DNA from: a virus
Lineage: Duplodnaviria; Caudoviricetes
Reading direction: 5' to 3' (one strand)
DNA: 64,000 nucleotides
IMG/VR virus record: IMGVR_UViG_2595698524_000001
Location: 159,990-223,989 of that record
Translations under genes and position numbers: made by a program
Notes under the pieces: generated by a model
Databases searched by the model: none
Told to the model about the DNA's origin: nothing
What the model saw: only the letters and a program-made list of their open reading frames with translations
Shown: positions 58,599-64,000 of the stretch, in pieces
How the letters are laid out: each line of letters starts with the position of its first letter
Numbering within the stretch: position 1 is the first letter of the stretch

Positions 58599-58840
58599 TG
58601 ACTACAGCTTATGTAACTGCGATCTTAGCGATTTGGCTCTGTGTCGCTCTCGGTCTGCGCCACTCGGTGGCGTTGCTCAATTCGGGTAACGAGCTGACCG
58701 GTGACTCAAAAGTACAGCTTAATCGCAAAGCAATGATGTTAGTCGTTTTTACCATTAGTACCAGCGCGGGCATGACATACGTGATGACCCAGATATACTT
58801 CTTGCACCAAACCACTTTGCAGCTTGCGGGAAACTTATAA
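58598..58840 (+). CDS. Small two-TM membrane protein
   Basis: TAATG coupling; two hydrophobic segments. Confidence 0.6.
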   Translation: MTTAYVTAILAIWLCVALGLRHSVALLNSGNELTGDSKVQLNRKAMMLVVFTISTSAGMTYVMTQIYFLHQTTLQLAGNL

Positions 58841-58886
58841 TTTCCCTTTAAAAACAACTGGTTCCTCTATTATGGAGGAATAACAG

Positions 58887-59075
58887 ATGTTAATGTACTT
58901 GTGCGTCTGGTCTTGGTTATTCTGCACTTCGGTGTTGGTATGGCTAGGACTGAACCCAGCTGCAGACATGGTGAAGCCCACACCGCCTCCTGATGACTAT
59001 TCTCGCACTGAGCGCAATCACCCGGAGAACGAGTACCGCGTGCTTAAGGTGTACGTATGGACTTGTGGGCACTAA
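58887..59075 (+). CDS. Small membrane-anchored protein
   Basis: GGAGG RBS; hydrophobic N-terminus. Confidence 0.6.
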   Translation: MLMYLCVWSWLFCTSVLVWLGLNPAADMVKPTPPPDDYSRTERNHPENEYRVLKVYVWTCGH

Positions 59076-59077
59076 GG

Positions 59078-59115
59078 GAGAGGGCTTCGGCCCTCTCTTC
59101 TTATTTTATTTTTTT
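59078..59115 (+). terminator. Intrinsic terminator
   Basis: GAGAGGGC-TTCG-GCCCTCTC plus T-run. Confidence 0.85.
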
Positions 59116-59117
59116 AC

Positions 59118-59138
59118 GGATATATGTTACCGGTATGA
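59118..59138 (+). promoter_or_regulatory. Putative early promoter
   Basis: GGATATATGTTACCGGTATGA; followed by TTGGAGCTAATCATG. Confidence 0.65.
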
Positions 59139-59166
59139 GAAATAGTTATGTATTTTGGAGCTAATC

Positions 59167-59760
59167 ATGCTGGTAAAAATTTATAATAGCGTTGAAAAAC
59201 TAGAACGTTGTGAATTTGCACGGACTGCAGGTAACTTTGCAGAAGAGTTAAAATTTGGTATTGAGAAGGCGAAGCGCCACACGCCAGACGGTGCTCATTG
59301 GTTATGGTGCGCGTTCATTCGACCGAATAAGGTTGAGCTTAGCCATTTCATGATGAATATGAGTCGGCAATTTATCGTGCGTCGTACCATACGCAATAAC
59401 TTACAGATTAGGCCATTTTGTTTGGCGTTGGAAGAACTGTACCCCGGTTATCCTGTCAAGATTATTAGGCGCGTCGATTTTTTCGACCGCAGTCGCGACA
59501 CGCTACTGTTTCGTTTCAGTAATCGCTATACCACGAAAGAATACGAACAGAAAAAACCAATGCCGAGAGAACCGTTTCACTACGTCACTGAAGACAACTT
59601 CGGCGACAAGTGGAATGAACTGATGGAAATTGAAGGCACCCACACCGTTGAAATGCCGGCATCGATAGCTGCCCGAGAAGACGTTATGGAATACCTAGAC
59701 AGAAATGGCTTTATTGCTTTTGAAGAAACGTTACCTTTAACATTGGGGAAAAGACGATGA
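59167..59760 (+). CDS. Hypothetical protein (paralog of next gene)
   Basis: GGAG RBS; shared C-terminal L[DE]xNGFI. Confidence 0.75.
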   Translation: MLVKIYNSVEKLERCEFARTAGNFAEELKFGIEKAKRHTPDGAHWLWCAFIRPNKVELSHFMMNMSRQFIVRRTIRNNLQIRPFCLALEELYPGYPVKIIRRVDFFDRSRDTLLFRFSNRYTTKEYEQKKPMPREPFHYVTEDNFGDKWNELMEIEGTHTVEMPASIAAREDVMEYLDRNGFIAFEETLPLTLGKRR

Positions 59761-60329
59761 GTTACGTATATTTTCGCGATGTTGATGCCATGATAAACAG
59801 TGAGTTCGACCACCGTAAGGCCATCAACTGGGAAGCCATTAACAAACACAACCCACTGACCCGTAGCCCCGGGGTTAATCATCATTATCTCTTAGGCTTG
59901 CGTAAAGACCAGAAGTGGGAAATTGTTCCAATCCTGTACAGTACCGGGCGAGCATACATCAACGTTGATTTACGCCAGCACGACCTGAAGGCCATGTTCG
60001 ATACACTGCAATACGTCTGCCCACACTGCATCTTACAGGTCTTGCACAAAATCGACACCACGCCCGAAGGGTTCGTAGTTGAGCAGCAAGAGTTCACCAA
60101 CGGACATTGTGCGCAAATTAACCAGAACACACCGCCGACGTATATGTTCATCAGTGGCGAGTCGTGGATGTCTGACCTGATGAGCGTGATGGCCGAACAC
60201 CAACGCGGTAAGCATATCTCAGTAACCGTTCACAAATACCACCTCGACCCGGGCGGTGCGGTAATGATGAACCTTGAATCTAACGGATTCATTGGTTATC
60301 GTTCCTGCATCTTCAAGAACTTTCTCTAA
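59757..60329 (+). CDS. Hypothetical protein
   Basis: ATGA overlap. Confidence 0.75.
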   Translation: MSYVYFRDVDAMINSEFDHRKAINWEAINKHNPLTRSPGVNHHYLLGLRKDQKWEIVPILYSTGRAYINVDLRQHDLKAMFDTLQYVCPHCILQVLHKIDTTPEGFVVEQQEFTNGHCAQINQNTPPTYMFISGESWMSDLMSVMAEHQRGKHISVTVHKYHLDPGGAVMMNLESNGFIGYRSCIFKNFL

Positions 60330-60354
60330 GGGGCTTCGGCCCCTTTATTTTTTT
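60328..60354 (+). terminator. Intrinsic terminator
   Basis: AAGGGGC-TTCG-GCCCCTT plus T-run. Confidence 0.85.
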
Positions 60355-60357
60355 GGC

Positions 60358-60397
60358 AAAAAAAGAAAAAAAGCCCTACTCCAAAAGTGGAGTAGGG
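60358..60397 (-). terminator. Intrinsic terminator (minus strand)
   Basis: CCCTACTCCA-AAAG-TGGAGTAGGG preceded by A-run on + strand. Confidence 0.85.
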
Positions 60398-60403
60398 TCG
60401 GAA

Positions 60404-61726
60404 TCAATTATTAACTGATGCCAAGGCGCGTATCATGAAATACAACAACAGTGCATTTCGTAAAGCAGCTAAGTCAGCGTCACGGCGTAAATGGGTATGT
60501 TTCTTCGCTAACTTTTCAATCCGGGTTCTGAGGGTCAGAATATAGGGATCTGTTGTTTTCGAAGCCATGTACAGCGCACGCAACTTATTCAGCAAGAATG
60601 CCACATCAGTGAAGTTGACGCGATTGGTGGTGACGTAATCAAATGCATGAGTCAGCGTGTCCACCATTATCTGTTCAACCTCACCACGCTCTTTCCCGTA
60701 AGGTAGACTGGTGATATAAACGATGATGGTCTTCAGAGCGTTTGGGGACGCCTTAGGGACGATTTCTAACACAACCCGGGCTAACTCCTCCTTGTACATG
60801 CTTGAAAGCGACATAGAGGCTTCCAGGAGGTTTTGCTTGGCAGTGTTAAAAGCTGAGACACGGTCACGCAGGATAGTCTCCCCGTTGACGTCAACCATCG
60901 CCGACTGTACCAGCATACGCGAGTTATCACGACGCACCACATCGAGGATAGCGTAGTAATCTTTCACGGTTTGTTTGGTACGCGTATTCAGGTCGGAGAT
61001 GAAGTAGATAATCTTCGGGGTATCCTGAAAACGTTTGATGTTGTCGTAATGCGGGGATTCTTTCGACACGAAATACTCAGCACGCGCACGGATATGTTTG
61101 CCCCAAGAGCCGACTTGTTTAATGTCGAACTTCATGGACAGTGCAGCATACGTGGCTTCCGCTGCCGGTAAGTCAACCGGACGCTTAAAGAAGTGCGAAT
61201 AAATCGAGGTGTAGAACTTAAACTGCAGTAACTCGACTAACGACACAATTGCATCATATGCTAATTTATCTTTATCGATTAGCGAAAGGTAACGATGCAC
61301 GAGGTAAACAACCGTTAAGTTGAATACGTCGCCTGTGACGTTCCATTCCATCACCATGTCTGAAAGCTTTTTATCGTTCAGCAATTCGGTCAGATAATCT
61401 TCATCCACCTGAATCACTTCGTCGAAGAAACGGTCACGGTCTGTGTCGTAAAAGCGGATGGTGTGCACGCCGAGAAGAGCAGAGCCGAACCATTCGACGT
61501 TGGTATCCCGGCTGAAGATAGTTGACACGTAATGCAGAATACGTTTATGCATTCGAACATCAATGGTTACTTTACTGAACAACTGGTCGTAAATCTTCCG
61601 CACCGAACTTGGCATCGCTGATTCCGTACCCAGTACACGGTTGGTCAACTCATACACGCCGGTACTGAAGTTATAGCGTAAAGGTTCATCTTGGTTATCC
61701 CAAGAAGGCGGGTCGTAGGTACGCAT
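60404..61726 (-). CDS. Conserved helical jumbo-phage protein, possibly virion
   Basis: 440-aa ORF, AAGGG upstream, own terminator. Confidence 0.75.
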   Translation of the reverse strand: MRTYDPPSWDNQDEPLRYNFSTGVYELTNRVLGTESAMPSSVRKIYDQLFSKVTIDVRMHKRILHYVSTIFSRDTNVEWFGSALLGVHTIRFYDTDRDRFFDEVIQVDEDYLTELLNDKKLSDMVMEWNVTGDVFNLTVVYLVHRYLSLIDKDKLAYDAIVSLVELLQFKFYTSIYSHFFKRPVDLPAAEATYAALSMKFDIKQVGSWGKHIRARAEYFVSKESPHYDNIKRFQDTPKIIYFISDLNTRTKQTVKDYYAILDVVRRDNSRMLVQSAMVDVNGETILRDRVSAFNTAKQNLLEASMSLSSMYKEELARVVLEIVPKASPNALKTIIVYITSLPYGKERGEVEQIMVDTLTHAFDYVTTNRVNFTDVAFLLNKLRALYMASKTTDPYILTLRTRIEKLAKKHTHLRRDADLAALRNALLLYFMIRALASVNN

Positions 61727-61755
61727 AGCTTGCCCTTAATTGTGAAAAGTTTTTC

Positions 61756-61775
61756 GGATATATGTAATTACGTGA
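61756..61775 (+). promoter_or_regulatory. Putative early promoter
   Basis: GGATATATGTAATTACGTGA; TTGGAGCTA RBS downstream. Confidence 0.6.
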
Positions 61776-61797
61776 CATTCAATTGGAGCTATTAAAA

Positions 61798-62976
61798 ATG
61801 ATTAGAGATTACCTGAAGAAAACTGACTGGTCCAACCGCATCGGTAGCATCATCCCTGAGAACGAACCGGTTGAACTCTGGGTTTATCCCCACGGCTGTG
61901 TCTGCTCCGTCATGCGAGTAGACGGCGTATCCGTTATCAAGAACGGCCATTATACCGCGGTTAACACGACCCTCGGTAACATGCTGCTCGAAGCAGGCAT
62001 CGAAGGTGAGTTCATCCTGTACTCGACCGAAGCCATTCCACAGAACACCTCTCGTTGGTTGACTTGGTGGTTAAGTAACCAGCCGGGTCCGGACGATGAA
62101 AAGATTTCCACCATTCAGGTCACCACCTTCGGCATCGTGCCGAAGAAGACCTTACCATTCCAGGTCACTGTAATCCGTCCGCAGTTGATGCGGGCTATTG
62201 ACGTCACTCCGACGGTGATGACTAAATCACGCGACCGTCGGGTCAGTATTTTCATCGTCAAGCGTAGCAACGGTGAAGCATACGAGCTGGAACCTTCCCG
62301 TCGTGTGGAAGCGACCATCCTCTCTTACACCGACTACGGCTATATCGTTCGGACATCCCCGGACAACGCCATCTTCCGTGTTCCACGCATCGCTCGTCGC
62401 GTACTCGACGCATTGAACCGTGCGCGAGTTACAGCGAAGGACTTGTGTGGTCAACGGGTCACCATCCAGTACACGATGAAGACTGACGGTCTGAGACTGT
62501 CCAGTTATAAATCACCGCTTCTTCTTCGGGCACACAACCTCGAGGAGATTAACGATGGGGAGCAAAGTGATGTTCCCTCATACGAAAACCAATATCCGTT
62601 TAACTACGCGCCGAGTGTAAAATCGGGCAGCTTAACACCGACACGTTGCTCACGTGCTTCTATCCGTCTTACGGAGAACGGCATTGAGGGTTACGAAGAC
62701 GGTACCAACACCGTGCTGTTCACATTGAAGCCGACAACTGAAGAAGGGTTGTACGTTGCAGCATTGTCGAAAGGCGAGGGGTTGGAGCTGTGGGGCTTTG
62801 AAAGCGACTTCGCAATCGATAGCCTGAACCCGAAAGCGTTCGTGCGTTGTGTTAGCGATAACCTGTTCCAACAAACTGGCTATACGCTGGATACGTTGGG
62901 GCTGTATTACTCGACTCCAGAAGGTGCCTGGGTAGGCGACCGTTCTCTGGCAAGTGCAGCAACCGCTGCGGCTTAA
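61798..62976 (+). CDS. Hypothetical protein with degenerate ATP-dependent DNA ligase-like architecture
   Basis: IEGEFI, FIVKR, ELEP...EATIL and GQRVTIQY...SPLLLR occur in ligase motif order; motif I Lys absent. Confidence 0.5.
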   Translation: MIRDYLKKTDWSNRIGSIIPENEPVELWVYPHGCVCSVMRVDGVSVIKNGHYTAVNTTLGNMLLEAGIEGEFILYSTEAIPQNTSRWLTWWLSNQPGPDDEKISTIQVTTFGIVPKKTLPFQVTVIRPQLMRAIDVTPTVMTKSRDRRVSIFIVKRSNGEAYELEPSRRVEATILSYTDYGYIVRTSPDNAIFRVPRIARRVLDALNRARVTAKDLCGQRVTIQYTMKTDGLRLSSYKSPLLLRAHNLEEINDGEQSDVPSYENQYPFNYAPSVKSGSLTPTRCSRASIRLTENGIEGYEDGTNTVLFTLKPTTEEGLYVAALSKGEGLELWGFESDFAIDSLNPKAFVRCVSDNLFQQTGYTLDTLGLYYSTPEGAWVGDRSLASAATAAA

Positions 62977-63000
62977 CTCCATTAGATATCGAGGTATAAA

Positions 63001-63453
63001 ATGACTATTGCCCTGAGTGTTGGCGAAGAACACTTTAAATGTGACGCAGAATTAACGTTTGACTTCAACCCTAACTGGTTACTGTTCAACAACCGTGCTA
63101 CCCGCAATGCGGTGGTGCACAAATTTGTAGATGCCATCAAAAACCCGGACTTCGTTATCATCGAACGGACGTTGGTTGTCGATGGGAAGTGTCAGAGCAC
63201 CTGTTATATCTTCAACGGTGCCAAGATTGATAACCAGAAGGTTACGTTCTGGGATGAGTCTAAACAGCAGTATTGGGTTAACGGCATCTGGCTCAGTGCT
63301 GCCAAAGAACTGAGCTATCGTCTGCGTTACATTGCCAGTAACAAGGAGCAGAAGACCATGACCATTCAACCGTTCGCGGGCGCTACCTTTATCGATAGCG
63401 CGGTGATGGAAATCGTAAAGGAATACCTTGTCGGTCGTAAAGACTACTGGTAA
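63001..63453 (+). CDS. Hypothetical protein
   Basis: GAGG RBS; followed by terminator. Confidence 0.75.
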   Translation: MTIALSVGEEHFKCDAELTFDFNPNWLLFNNRATRNAVVHKFVDAIKNPDFVIIERTLVVDGKCQSTCYIFNGAKIDNQKVTFWDESKQQYWVNGIWLSAAKELSYRLRYIASNKEQKTMTIQPFAGATFIDSAVMEIVKEYLVGRKDYW

Positions 63454-63462
63454 GGGCAATAC

Positions 63463-63498
63463 GGCAGGTACCCTTCGGGGTACCGCCTTTCTTTTTTT
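63463..63498 (+). terminator. Intrinsic terminator
   Basis: GGCAGGTACCC-TTCG-GGGTACCGCC plus T-run. Confidence 0.85.
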
Positions 63499-63504
63499 GA
63501 TCGG

Positions 63505-63641
63505 AGAAAAAAGAAAGCCCTCCCCAAACGGAGAGGGCAGTTCCCGGTAAGCGAGGGAACATGAAAAAGACATATCTCGAAGTTCACCTGCTGCTACAGG
63601 TTCACTCCTATACCGGCTAGAAGCAACGCAAAACTTCCAGC
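63505..63641 (-). ncRNA. Candidate ~137-nt structured small RNA
   Basis: Promoter motif TTTTTTAC-N15-TATG ends at 63641; three hairpins; terminator GCCCTC..GAGGGC + U-run at 63505-63538; no credible ORF. Confidence 0.5.
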
Positions 63642-63667
63642 ATATTAAGCAGTACAGTTGTAAAAAA
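63641..63667 (-). promoter_or_regulatory. Putative promoter TTTTTTAC-AACTGTACTGCTTAA-TATG
   Basis: Same architecture as the motif upstream of uvsX. Confidence 0.55.
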
Positions 63668-63714
63668 GTTTTTGGGAAGACCCCTTCGGTTGACTTCCAG
63701 AGACTGAAAATTAC

Positions 63715-63742
63715 TTTTTTTACAACACATTCTTATCCTTTG
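63715..63742 (+). promoter_or_regulatory. Putative divergent promoter TTTTTTTAC-AACACATTCTTATCC-TTTG
   Basis: Near-perfect inverted copy of ACTTTTTTACAAC; N15 spacing; imperfect TATG. Confidence 0.4.
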
Positions 63743-63743
63743 G

Positions 63744-63764
63744 AAGGGGGGATCAAGGGGGGAT
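63744..63764 (+). repeat. Direct repeat AAGGGGGGAT x2 heading a C-depleted AT-rich tract
   Basis: Copies at 63744-63753 and 63755-63764. Confidence 0.85.
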
Positions 63765-63935
63765 GGATAAATTAGTTATTAGTTAAAATGGATAATGAGA
63801 TTGAAATGAATGGATTAATTGATGGTAATCAATTAGGAATGAATGTAAATCGAATTAGACAGTTAACTAATACCCTATAGTCAGGTAGGGTAAGATAGGT
63901 ATCCTTACAGGGATACCGTTATTGCTTATTTTTTC

Positions 63936-63956
63936 GGATATATATTACTTCAGTGA
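63936..63956 (+). promoter_or_regulatory. Putative early promoter for a gene beyond the window
   Basis: GGATATATATTACTTCAGTGA contains the phiKZ early consensus TATATTAC; TTGGAGCTAACC RBS at window end. Confidence 0.7.
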
Positions 63957-64000
63957 GAGTTAAGCCAATTCTCAACCTATCCCTTTACTTGGAGCTAACC

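Noticed and set aside
63079-63573. 164-aa minus-strand ORF
   Set aside because: Crosses two terminators and is antisense to a credible gene; no RBS
63788-63880. 30-aa ORF MDNEIEMNGL... in the AT-rich tract
   Set aside because: No properly spaced RBS and composition unlike other genes; not called, though not excluded
1-64000. CRISPR array, tRNA or rRNA genes
   Set aside because: No regularly spaced repeats or cloverleaf/rRNA signatures seen by eye; a tRNAscan/Rfam run is needed to exclude them fully

Overview
This 64 kb window comes from a phiKZ-like (Chimalliviridae-type) jumbo myophage. The gene order closely resembles what I recall for Salmonella phage SPN3US and related enterobacterial giant phages; no search was run. 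Recognisable genes are: SbcC-like ATPase (5' truncated), macro domain, secreted lytic transglycosylase, a candidate spanin pair, DEDDh exonuclease, RNase H, UvsX, four split virion RNA polymerase subunits (beta-N, beta-C, beta'-N with DYDGD, probable beta'-C), NADAR-like and CYTH-like proteins, a tape measure protein with a C-terminal transglycosylase, prohead protease, HAD and HD hydrolases, tail tube, tail sheath, tail/baseplate proteins and the terminase large subunit. Two phage promoter motifs and many intrinsic terminators recur. The most notable unexplained element is the ORF-poor end (63.5-63.95 kb). There, back-to-back promoter motifs point leftward into a ~137-nt multi-hairpin RNA candidate with its own terminator, and rightward into a G-tract/C-depleted AT-rich tract (candidate R-loop origin or sRNA). 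Other leads are a ligase-like protein lacking the catalytic lysine, a small basic protein carrying ADFDGD, a macro+NADAR pair, and two ORFs that read through their own terminators. All calls come from reading motifs and synteny by eye.
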